Positions 1 through 11,395 of a stretch of DNA of 64,000 nt are shown one piece after another. Where the stretch lies: positions 15,066,001 through 15,130,000 of the forward strand of contig NC_092671.1 of assembly GCF_964355755.1 (NCBI RefSeq), written 5' to 3'. The DNA comes from Antedon mediterranea. Its lineage: Eukaryota; Animalia; Echinodermata. The translations under genes and the position numbers were made by a program. Within the stretch, counting starts at the first letter, position 1. Every line of letters starts with the position of its first letter. The notes beneath the pieces are model-generated. The model was not told the DNA's origin and did not search any database. It saw nothing but the letters and a program-made list of their open reading frames with translations.

Positions 1-1
1 T

Positions 2-958
2 AAGAAGATGGTACCACTTCCTGAAGAGGAGTTGCATCAAATTGGTTGCGAAAAAAGATTACCACAAGCTTTGGTAATCGGTGTAAAAAAATCTGGTACA
101 ACAGCGCTCAAACATTTTCTCAGTTTTCATCCGCAGTTAGCTTCCCCTGTTGATGAGGTGCATTACTTTGATAATCGTTATTTCATGGGAATTGATTGGT
201 ATATATCGCAGATGCCGTATGCTTTAAGGAATCAAACGGTGTTAGAAAAAACGCCGCGCTACTTTGTGTGGGCTGATGCACCCGAACGGGCGAGCAGGGA
301 CTTGTCGTCAGATTTACGCATGATTGTGGTTTTACGAGATCCTATTCCACGTGCTGTGTCCGACTTTGTTCACATAAAATTTAAAGATAACTTGAAAAAG
401 ATCGCGGAAAATGGTGGAAAACCTGTGAAACAGATAGTTTTACCATTAACTGCAGAATTAAAGAAAGTGAGAGATAAGCAGAAAGTGTCCGATGACGTTC
501 ACAATAAAGCTATTGGCAGCTCATTTTATGATGTTGTTGAATCTTTTGAAGAATCTGTGATAGACCCTGACGGAAATGTAAAAGGACACAATGCTTTAGT
601 GGATACCGGAATATATGTGAAATATTTAAGACGGTGGTATGAAAAATTCCCACGCGATCAAATACTTGTAATGGATGGACTAGACTTGATTAAAAACCCA
701 TATAAAGCAATGAAGTCTGTAGAAGAATTTTTAGGCCTAAATTCTCATTTTACTGAAAAACATTTTTATTTTGATGAGGAGAAACATTTTTTTTGTTTAG
801 CTCTTCCAATAAAAGCATGCATGAGTGCTTCAAAAGGTCGAACACATCCTGAGGTTTCAGAAGAAGTCATGGCTAAATTACGAGAATTTTACAAACCATA
901 TGATCAAGAACTTGAAGAGCTAACAGGACAGACCTTCTCATGGGTTCAGAGGGATTAG
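2..958 (+). CDS. HS3ST: Heparan sulfate glucosamine 3-O-sulfotransferase (HS3ST family), catalytic domain; 5'-incomplete
   Basis: 5'-PSB motif KRLPQALVIGVKKSGT, EVHYFD, EKTP, 3'-PB motif LRDPIPRAVSD, and C-terminal C-x7-C...KGRTHP. The frame is open upstream of ATG 8 (AAG AAG ATG), so the N-terminus lies outside the window. Paralogue identity cannot be resolved. Confidence 0.92.
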   Translation, partial: KKMVPLPEEELHQIGCEKRLPQALVIGVKKSGTTALKHFLSFHPQLASPVDEVHYFDNRYFMGIDWYISQMPYALRNQTVLEKTPRYFVWADAPERASRDLSSDLRMIVVLRDPIPRAVSDFVHIKFKDNLKKIAENGGKPVKQIVLPLTAELKKVRDKQKVSDDVHNKAIGSSFYDVVESFEESVIDPDGNVKGHNALVDTGIYVKYLRRWYEKFPRDQILVMDGLDLIKNPYKAMKSVEEFLGLNSHFTEKHFYFDEEKHFFCLALPIKACMSASKGRTHPEVSEEVMAKLREFYKPYDQELEELTGQTFSWVQRD

Positions 959-2339
959 TGAATTATTGATTAATTATACTAATCTATAAAGTAAATAATA
1001 AAATTTATAAAGCATGTTTTTTTTTTAAAATTATGAATAAAGGTAGAAAAAGTTGTTCAATTTTAGTTTAAAGCTGTACTGTCCCCCAAAAACAATTGTT
1101 GTTAGACCATTTTTTTAAAGACATTTGATTTGGCTTATACAAAAATTGTTGTTTTTTGCTGAATCAAATTATTTTCTGTTGCTTTATATCGTGCAAAAGT
1201 AAAAAGAATGCTGTCTTTCATTTTATTTGACACTTCCTGGTTTTCATGGACATAGCCGGCTCATTAGTTTGCACAAAGGAAATGAAATGCATTATTATTA
1301 TAAATTATCTATACAGTACGGTAGATTTAGTACTCCTAGATAAAATGGACATGGAATTTTACTTAAAATACAGGGTGGAAACAAGATTGTATTATGGGTG
1401 GCTTAGCCAACTCTGCCCAGAAGCAAAGCTAAACTAATTGCAATAATACTGTAGCAATTGGTATACCACGTGGTACTTTTAATAAATTATTGGTATTTAT
1501 TAAAAAATAAGATTAAAAATTGAGTTAATATTGAATAGAAATAAATAGTCCAATTTAAAGATAAAAATGCTACCATAATTATTATGCAAAACAGGCTAAA
1601 ACATTAATGTTTTATCTATAAAAGGCAATTTATGCATTAATTTCAGTATTACAATTTATCAAATAAATGATGACAAATATTTAAGAGTAAAAATTATGAT
1701 ATGCAACTATTAATACCAATTGTGCATGCAAATATTGTATGGCTATATATCTGTGGACTAAAATTAAGCAATGAGAAAGTTTTTTATTTTATATCTTTTA
1801 TAATATTTAAACTTAATATTTGAATATTAAATACACATTGAATTTAGTGTTTATTATTCTTTTCTGCAAAGCTTGCCATGCTGTAAAAATAACAAATAAA
1901 AGTTTAGGTTTAGTTTTGGTATAAAAAAGTGATTGTTAGAGGCAGACTCCAATGCAGTGTCACAGTTCAAAAAGGGATTCTTTATAAGACTGTGTACAGT
2001 ACAATGCCTAGCGCCCTCTAGACAATATTTTCTAACAGATCACTACAGTACATTTTTTTTGTACAACATTTTGTAAAAATAATTAAACTGTACTGTATGT
2101 AATACTTTCCTAGTTAGGCCTATTAATGTTCTTATTATTCTCTGATTTGTCTTGAATATCTTTTTAACTTTATACTTTTTATAATGTGATAGAAATGATT
2201 GTACTTATGTTTGCTTTGTATTTTGCAAAAACCCAGAATTTAACGACGACCACTTAAATCTAAATTTGTATTGCTGTAAACTATTTGGATTGTTTTGTAT
2301 AAACCAAAGAGCTACTATTATAATATTTAATTAATGATA

Positions 2340-2420
2340 TTGAAAGAACCCCAGTTCATTATTCGAGAAGAGTAGGGGTTACCCCGGTGAACTGGCACAC
2401 AAAATAGCCCCTGTATCAGG
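2340..2420 (+). mobile_element. SINE fragment with Deu/Nin-type core
   Basis: AAAGAACCCC...TCGAGAAGAGTAGGGGTTACCCCGGTG; same family as the reverse copies at 11225-11395 and 52060-52330. Confidence 0.55.
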
Positions 2421-2849
2421 GGGATTATCACCTATCTGAGAGGACAGTGATTAATTTACTATTGGTATCCTTGGCCACATTGCCTAAAGACTATTGTATA
2501 AAAACTAGGCCAAATATCTACTGTATTTCTTGTACTTATATCATTTCCAATATCTGTAGTGGTACTGAAGTTTCAAATAATGTATGATGCATGCACAATT
2601 AAATTTTTTAGCAATTTTTGTCTAATAGATGTTGAAGTTTGTAAATAAAATTATATATATGCTGGAATGTAAAATATTTAGTTATGCTAGTTTTATTTTA
2701 TGCATTATATTATTAAATACGGTATCTCATGTAACACCCCACACACACTAATTAAATATTACTGTCCCACCCCCTCTATACACTCCCCCTCCCTTCCATA
2801 CTCGCACATATTAAATACGGCAGTTGAACTGATAATACTATTATAGCTG

Positions 2850-3294
2850 TGCCTCGTTAGTTGGCCGAAATGACGTCACTTTAGAATTTCTGCATATTAA
2901 AACTCTCTCGGCGGCGCGTATATTTTCGAGTATTTCAAATCCCTTTTTCTAAGCAAATATTTTATTTACAAAATAGCGGTAAATAGTAAATTTCTATGTT
3001 ATTTAATTACTTTATATACACATTTTTTTTAAAAGGTTGACATATCATCTACTTTTTGTACTGAACACCATCACAAACATACTACACACCTGCTGCAGCT
3101 CTTGTCGTGCTTATAACTTGAGGTCGCTGGTCATGTGTCAGATCGGTTCTTGGAATGAAGAGATCGACCCCAGAGAGAGAGAGAGAGTAGCAGCAAAGAT
3201 AGAAGTGTAGCAGTGAATATTTGGCTTCGCTAATGAATGGTCTTTTTAAGTTGAAAGACTGCTTCATGCAACTGTCAACAAGACGTTATCTAAG
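2850..3294 (+). promoter_or_regulatory. Candidate promoter and non-coding first exon of the WS/DGAT-like gene
   Basis: Perfect CRE TGACGTCA at 2871-2878, local CpG enrichment, a GA tract, and a donor-like AAG|GTTTAG near 3294 followed by TAGGCCTA-rich DNA. Confidence 0.3.
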
Positions 3295-4051
3295 GTTTAG
3301 TCTGATCAAATGTGTTTGAGTTAAAGAAAGGGGTGAGTGAGTGTATTTTTTTTAGAGCTAGGCTAGGCTAGTCTTAGTTAAAACTGTCAGTGTTTAGGCT
3401 CTGATCCTACAATCTAGCTAGGTAGGCCTAGGCCTAGGTAGGGGCCTGCTAGGCCTATCTATTAGTAGTAGAAGGCCTAGGCTAGGCCTAGCCTCTCTGC
3501 TGTAGGCGCGCCAGGCCTAATCTAGGGCTAGAGTATTATTACTAAGCCTGCTTATTGCTACAGTAGCCAGGCCTAGGCAGACCTCCCAACTCGCACGCTA
3601 AATTAAAATGCATTTTCTCTCCTAATATTTCGGATAAACCAAAAAGTCTCCCGATGCGATATGTAGGCCCACCTTTCCTTTACAGATTTTGATAAGAGAA
3701 TAAAGTTTATCGCAAATAGCGTGCGCGACACGCAAACATGACAATGCATACAGGGCCTAGGCCTATGTGATTTGTTGTTTGTACCTGTGCGTTGTTCCCA
3801 AACCCTTCGCCATCATGTATTGTGCAATGCCGCATGTGATATTTTAAAATTTGAACAAATGAATATAATTTCAAACCATGTAATATATTTTACTGTGTTT
3901 GAACATGAATAAATGAAATCAAAATGAAATGAGATACATCTTATTTATTAATAATAATAATATATTTATTTATTTCAACAATATTTCACGAGAGTGGTCC
4001 ATCCAGCCGAAGCTGATATATATACAACATGACGAGACATAAACATGTAGC

Positions 4052-4646
4052 AACTAGAGGGTACTCCGAGAGTACAAACCTCCGCCTACTGTAAAATTCC
4101 CCTACATAAAATTCCCCCACATAAAATTCCCCCTGAATATTTTTTTTTTACATTTTTTTTTATTAGTTCTAAGTGTTGTAAATATGTTAACTGCACACTA
4201 CAAAGTTGTGGGTGACAGTGTGGTGTAATGGTTATGTATCCAGCCTCTCACAGTTGAGATCGCTGGTTCAAGTCCCACTGAGGTTTTTTTTTTTTTGATT
4301 ATTTTTTTATTTCTTTTTTTTAAATTTTTTGTGGACCTTGATCTTTGACCCTGACCCTTCAAAATTTAACCACAATTATATGATGTGTTATTGATCATTG
4401 TGGCTAAGTTTGGTGAGAATCGGATAAAAACTGTGGTCTCTAGGCAGTAAAATAGTTTTTGTTAGTTGTGACCTTGACCTATGACCTTTTCCCCTCAAAT
4501 TCGAACTCGTCCAAGCTTTTGGGGCATAGATCATTGTTGCCAAATTTGGTGAGAATCGGATAAAAACTGTGGCCTCCAGGCTGTTCACAGACACACACAC
4601 ACAAACATACAGGGGTGAAAATATAACCTCCTTGGCGGAGGTAATA
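4052..4646. mobile_element. Non-autonomous Helentron/HINE-like element
   Basis: Subterminal inverted repeat ACCTCCGCC (4078-4086) / GGCGGAGGT (4634-4642); hairpins GTACTC-CGA-GAGTAC (4061-4075) and ACCTCC-TTGGC-GGAGGT (4626-4642); TGACCTT repeats and a (CA)n tract. Confidence 0.6.
4214..4296 (+). mobile_element. tRNA-derived Pol III cassette (pseudo-tRNA / SINE head) inside the HINE-like element
   Basis: A box TGGTGTAATGG (4221-4231), B box GGTTCAAGTCC (4265-4275), then a T run; acceptor and T stems do not pair properly. Confidence 0.55.
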
Positions 4647-6400
4647 AAAATAAATATAATTATAGATACAAAAAAAAAACACAAAAAAATTAGAATAAAA
4701 AATAAATTCATATTCAATTGACTATCTCAGAAGATAGGAAAAGGAAGCAACTAAACAAGAAGATGGTTCTTGGGCAAACATTTGAAGGAAAACTGTGATA
4801 TAGAAAACATGCCGTATATATAATCCATTTGAATTGATTTGGCACGCATTATAGATCATGATGGCAATATTATCAGATTTTCATAGCGCCCTCTATAGTT
4901 TATAAAACCTCGATATTTCATTCTTCCAAGATGGGAAGTCTTTAGAGGCCACGTCACAAAACTTAACTAGACGAGGCCCTCTACTTTAAGCCTCTTAGCT
5001 ATTTATTAGACTACTACTATGAAAGACAGCTGGTCGCTTTTTGGTCCCGCGTAGCCAGTTTGAAAAACTTCGACATCCACTGTTTATTGGTTGGTTTTAA
5101 AGAAAAGCTGGTACAAATAATTCTCTTTAGTAATTAATCATTAAAGTATTACCGTATACATTGGCCCAATGTTATTGTTTTTACATCAAAATATATCAAG
5201 TATAAAAAACAAAAATAGAATTTTCACGGGATTTCAGGACACCATGTTAATTAAACATCGTACCTCCTGAACGGAGAATAATGTACTGTAATCCATCGAA
5301 AACGCTAGGTTATTTTTGTTCTTTATGCTCGGCTCGTTACCACCGTTTGTCACCTCTGCAAGATGGCTTCCGTAGCACGAAAATCGTCTTTTGATAAAAT
5401 GGTTTATGATAGATGTGCAAACAAAGAGGCATACTGCAGTGTTAATTGTTATAAATATTACCGGTTAAAAACGATGGAAACACAAAAAGAATGATTCACG
5501 TAAAACTGTTCTTTTCAAGGTATTGATTTTCATTAACACTACCTTATGGACACAATTCAACAAAAGTGAAAGGGTGACTGAAACACTAATGAACACTTAA
5601 TTGGACATGTCTTGAACAATCAATACTGTGTTCATCTTTTATTAAATATTATGAAATTTTGAAATATAATAATGAAACACTTGATGGTTATTAAATGCAT
5701 AATTGTAATTCAGAGTTTCTATGTTAAAGAAGCATTTTTGATGGTGCGGATAAATATTATTTTGTTGACATTTTATGTTAATATTGTATACAAAATATAT
5801 ACGATAAACTTCATAATTTTATTGTTGTAATACTGATATTAAATATAATTTTAATAATTGAAGTCTCCTAAAATCCCCATTTTATTGTGAATTTGGTAAC
5901 AAAATTGTTGTAATTCCGTAGTTAATTTGAACTACTATTTTATAATGTAAATTGTTGTTTTATCAATTTAATAATTCTGTTTTTTATCATTAATAAATGA
6001 TAAATTTTAAATATTGAAATTCCACAATTTTTACTCTCAAAGGATTTTATTTCTTGCATGCATGGTTAAACAGTCATACAGTACTGCTCTATAATTTAAA
6101 CCTTCATATTAATGGCGTTTTTACACTTAGTACACAGCATATGAAGTAAATTGTGTGGAAAATGATACATTATGGATTTTTTCATAAGAAGGGAACTCTA
6201 TTTTAATTTATTATGATGATTATCAATGTTATATTTTTTTTCTTTTGAACTATGACCTAAAGTATGCTAATATTATATTATCATTTGTTGCATTCAATTT
6301 ACAGTAGATCAACACATGAAGGAGGTTTAATTTAAATTCATGCTTTAATTAGACTCTACAAAATTGTTTTCAGTATTGTTATTGTTTTTTTACTACACAG

Positions 6401-6564
6401 GTGACACTTTGACAATGTCTGTTTTATCTGCTGTCATATGCAACATCATTTACATTCTGCTGGTTTAATTAGTGTTAAAACCATCAAAAAAGAACTTGTA
6501 CTTCGCAAATAAATAATCGAAAAGGAATGACAGGAGAGAAATCTTATGTTCCAGCACCTACTTG
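6401..6564 (+). other. Candidate 5'UTR/start-codon exon of the WS/DGAT-like gene (MFQHLL from ATG 6546)
   Basis: Acceptor TTTACTACACAG| at 6400 and phase-1 donor G|GTTAGT at 6564, frame-compatible with exon 16920-16991. Confidence 0.35.
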
Positions 6565-6899
6565 GTTAGTAAAACCACTTTTTATTGATAAAAATGTAAT
6601 ATATAGTAGATAGAACCTCTCCGTTAAAACATCCCTACCGATTCATGTGAAATCCTATTAAGAGGACATCAATTTGTCATCTAAGGGTATGTTCAGACCC
6701 ACGGAGTTATGGTGGAGTTATTTACGCAAGACGTACGGTAATCCGTGGCGTTAAAAGCCAAGGTGTTGAGACACAACGACCAACATTCCAATGCCATGCG
6801 TTTAAAATACTCTGATCAGGTCAAAACAGATAGAACTATATGTATACATTCATGGAAATTCATGAAAGTTAACATCGTTTACATTGTAACTGTACTGTA

Positions 6900-9358
6900 C
6901 TGGATCAATTTCTATGTTTTTCTTCTTTCTTTCCTCCACTTTTTTGTGGCTCCTGTATCTCTAAAATGTGTTAACATAACATTTCATAACTTTGTCAACA
7001 TATGAACATTTATATGAAGTTGTGCAGCATGTATTTTTTAAATACGTCAGAGTTGCGCAACATAACTTACTTGCGATTTTATGAATTTCAATGATTGATC
7101 ATATTAAAAACCAAGCATAATTTTTTTTTTACACTTTGTGAAAATTTAAGTCACATCAAGGGCAAACTTTTTGTGGATTAAAAATGGCATGTTTTACAAG
7201 AAGTTACGCGCGCACGCGCATTTAAAATTTCAAGATGCGCAAAATTTATTTCTAATCAACTTTGTACGCGTTTCATGTCATTTTAAGCATGTCAAAAATT
7301 CCCACGGATGCGCAAATTTTGCGCGCGCGGTGTACACAAAGCGTGAAATACGTCAATGTTTTACGTAAATCATATTTTTCCAGCCTTTTATAGTAATTTT
7401 ACCAAATATGGAACCATTTCGACTTAAAATTATGTCAATATGAGCATGTCGAATTGGACAATTTGCGCATGTTTTTGATGAAAAAGTTCAAAAATTCGTC
7501 AAAATCATGCCCTTTTTTAAACAGTCGTAGTTTCTAAACTAAACGGTGAAAGTTATTTTTATTACATATTCTGGAAGTTGATGAGTTGTAGATATCGGTT
7601 CATGCTTTAATATGGCTAACCGGACATTGTGACGTCATCGTATGGCCACGCGAATATAAAATATAGGATTTTTGTATCTTTCGTCATAGCTCATCACATT
7701 TAATAGAGTGCATCTCCACTTATCTGTTTTTCATTTTCATCCCGATTTTTATATTTTCTAGGTCAATCAACTATCTTTCGCATGAGTTAAAAATATTTTA
7801 ATTTTTATGACGTCATGATGTCTAAAAATGTAAATAACCTGGGTCACTTATTTTCATCTTTACAGTAAATTTTAATCTGTTATAGCTCGTCAGAATAAAA
7901 CGTGATAATCATGATTAAAACATTTTCAGGAAGGTATTGGATTGTAGATACGAATTCATGTGAACATTTTGCCAATTAGATGTTGTGACATCATCATATG
8001 GCCAGTTAAATAAAAAAAGTCGTATTTTCATCTTTTGCATTACATTTAAAAGAGCGCGCATCAATATTTCACATATTCAAATTTCTTAAACACGTTAATA
8101 TGTTGTTGCTGAGATAATTTCCTTCCGAAATTGCTACCTTAGTTTTTCATTTTGAAACCGTCAACATTAAAAATTGGAATAAATAGCGGGTCCCGTAATT
8201 TCACCTATTCTACACTGTATGTGATATGTACTGTATACAGATTATACTGTGTATGGCCCCGTTTCTGCTGCCAAAAATATACCGTATATATACGGTATAT
8301 TTTATATACGGTATATTTTTTGGCAGCAGAAATGGGTCTCATAAAAAATATACCGTATATATTTGCGGTATATATACTGCATAAATATCCCCATCGTTTG
8401 TGGATATTATACGGTATATTCCAAAATATACCGTATATTTCGTTCCCCGTTTCTGCTGCACTCAAAATATACCGTAAATGTGACCCGACTCATGACACGA
8501 GGTCAAAAACTAACAGAGCGCGACGCGTTTGTTTTGGTTTTTCTGCTGCATTGAAAGTTGAAAAACACGTGTAAAAGCAAGCAACAGATCAAAATGTCAC
8601 TGTGGACCGAACAAATCACTATTTTTGCAATTCAATTGTGGGGGGAAGCGAAAGTTGGGGGGAGACTGCATGGCAACAGAAGAGATACCGAGATTTTAAT
8701 TACAATAAATCGAATGTTCTTACACGACAACAACGTGATGTAAAATCATGGTAAAATACTGTATAATAGAAAATGGAAATTATAACGGCAATATAGGATA
8801 ATATAGCATAATATAAACTCAATTTGAATAACAGAGTTTATTTATAGTGACATTTCTAGATGGTGCTTGTATGTGCAGTGTAAATTCGTTGCCACTTCTG
8901 CTCATTAGATTTAAAATAGAAAGCAATGCTACGACGTTTTGAGAAACCATCATTGTTTTTGTCAGCATGTACCGGTAGGTAAAAACCTCACTACACGAGG
9001 TCAATCCATACTTCCGTCTCACGAAATGCATTTTGGGTAATGAAAGCCAACTTTTTTACAACCCACCCACGAAGTATGTGCAGCGGAAACGGTGCACGAA
9101 TTTCATATACGGTATATATACGGTATATTTATACGGTATATTTATACGGTATATTTATACGGTATATTTTGGGTTGGCAGCAGAAACGGGCCCTATGACA
9201 CAAAATAACAGAATTCAGCAATAACAACATATCATATTCTTCAGTTCAGGTCATAATGCCATAATCTTTTTCTGTGTGCAATATTCCAACGTATGACGTG
9301 CACGTGGCGTTTGTCGTGCGGATAACTAACTCGTCAAAGTGACGAGTTTCATGTCTAG
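6900..9358 (+). mobile_element. Helitron/Helentron-like non-autonomous element (5' end approximate)
   Basis: 3' hairpin AACTCGTCA-AAG-TGACGAGTT (9328-9348) followed by CTAG (9355-9358) and T; internal TGACGTCAT repeats. Confidence 0.5.
8255..9193. mobile_element. MITE with TIRs and subterminal ATATACCGTAT repeats
   Basis: TIR GGCCCCGTTTCTGCTGCCAA / TTGGCAGCAGAAACGGGCCC; TAT on both flanks. Confidence 0.75.
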
Positions 9359-11224
9359 TTTGTTTTTTTTATTTATATAATGTTTACCTTCAAATATACT
9401 GATTTGTTCTTACTACTTGTAGAATTGCATTTTAATTCAAAATAATTTAAAACGGACAATTATCTGATTAATTGATTTAATTTATGAAAATATCATATCA
9501 CTGACGCTAACTTTACTGTTCTTTAAAATATGAACCTGAAAATACATTTGACATAGCTATTTCGCTGTCGTATCATAGGGTACGGGTATGTAGTTGCTGT
9601 CTGCTAATCGTGGTCGTGTATTTTTATTGGTTAAGGTTAAAATCACTGATGCATCACTGGATTAGGGTTATGAAATCTACCCTCTTCCGCTAGAGTTATT
9701 AACGCCACTGGCGCGGAGTAACAACTTCCTAACGCTAATCCGCGGCATGGTTCAGACACAAAAATATGTACGCCGCTTGCTTAACTCCACCATAACTTCT
9801 TGAGTCTGAACATACCCTAAGTGTACAGTCAGATACTAAGTTCAAGGCTTGGTGAGATATAATACAACATTTTTTGTTGCTAATATCCTCCTCATGAGGA
9901 CGATCAAAGTTCATCGACACTTGAGAAACTTAACAGTTCTTTTCAGAACTGAATATACATGGTGCACCGCAACATTTATATCAAATATTTGAATCCAGGA
10001 ATTTTGACAAGAAATAGTTACATTCATCATTTTAATTGTTTAGTAAGTCTGTATTTTAACAACCTTTAGTAAATGAAGTCCTGCAACATCTTTTTTTTTT
10101 AGCATTTTAGATTTCTTGGTTTAATATCTCATTAGTAGAAAGTACCATATTACACATTGTCATGCAAAAATTAATCCATCTCTCACAAAAACAATTTAAC
10201 TGATCAAATTTTCAATAATTCATCTATTATCTTTAATAAGGCCCTATGCATGTTGATGGTACAGACTGTCAAGACGTGCAAATGCGATTAGTATACTGCT
10301 TTATCTATTCTGTTCTGATAAGTTAAAAAGTTATCAGAATATAAGCATCTCAATGCACGATTTCAAAGAATCCGACATAGATCTGCAAAATAAAGTAAAC
10401 ATTGTATTATTTATATTATTATCATTTGTCCACTAAGCTGTCTTTCACTATAATTATATAAATTATTATATCGTTTTGTGGCATCTTTTTCTTGACATGT
10501 GTAAGGCAGACAAGCATTCAAATATTTAGGCACTAGAGACTGATAATACAAGCTTTTTTTACAATTTTGTATTTTACACCTTCCTTACATTTTAATTGGT
10601 TAGTAATAGTATGAATATGATTAAAAAGTGCTCATTAACTACATGCTTTTAATTTAGTATTTCTTACAGTGATTAATATCCTATAAATTATAGTAACCTG
10701 TATTTTAACTGTACTGTAGTAAGCTGCCGTATTTAGGTACTTAATGAAATTCTGCAATTTTTTTTCTCAAGGCTAATGAGTAATTTATAATTTCAGAGAA
10801 CGATAATACTCGATAGATACATTCTTTGATGCAATTGGCTACTGCTGCTACTTCTACTACACTAGTAAATGATACAAACCCAATTGCTTTTTGATCATAC
10901 ACAGCATGGTAACTGTGTTACATAGCGACTTATATGCTGTTAGGCCATTAAGCTAGGCATGAGACTGTCCTTCAGTACTATTAGTATTCTCAGACTGCTA
11001 TCCAATAATATTGTATCATCATAACAATAATATATAGGAGGTGCCTTTTCTTGTACAACCGTACAATTCAAACAATAAGGTAAATTTTAATATACAAATT
11101 TTGTGATAATATTTTTATTTAGTTAAGTCCTTACAGTATATGGTATCTTATGAAAGAATATGACACTTGACTGTTGTCAATTAGTTTAAAGTACTGTACA
11201 GTACTTTATTTCTGTACACAATTT

Positions 11225-11395
11225 GTTCTTTAAAGTGCACACGGACAAACCCTGTACACTGGACCTACAGTTTATAGTCCTTCTCCGAGTACTATTCCAC
11301 CACCAGAACTAGAGCGAGTCGGCCTCGAACCCATGCCGATATTGTTGGCTCTTTAGGTACGTTAAGCGGCGCCCCTGCCTTAACCACTCAACCAT
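11225..11395 (-). mobile_element. tRNA-derived SINE with Deu/Nin-type core
   Basis: On the minus strand: TGGTTGAGTGGTTAAGG (A box), GGTTCGAGGCC (B box), then CGGAGAAGGACTATAAACTGTAGGTCC...GTGCACTTTAAAGAAC. Confidence 0.65.

Larger units (their letters stand above)
6685..9817. mobile_element. PIF/Harbinger-type non-autonomous DNA element hosting nested insertions
   Basis: ~36-bp imperfect TIRs GGGTATGTTCAGAC...AGTTATGGTGGAGTTA, with TAA on both flanks (6682-6684, 9818-9820). Confidence 0.75.

Noticed and set aside
4214-4285. Functional tRNA gene
   Set aside because: Acceptor, anticodon and T stems do not pair; embedded in a repeat.
8152-9224. Tyr/Ile-rich ORFs on both strands
   Set aside because: Translations of MITE subterminal repeats.
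10797-10908. Alternative ATG exon for the WS/DGAT gene
   Set aside because: ATG|GTAACT is phase 0, incompatible with the phase-1 exon at 16920; could still be a UTR exon.
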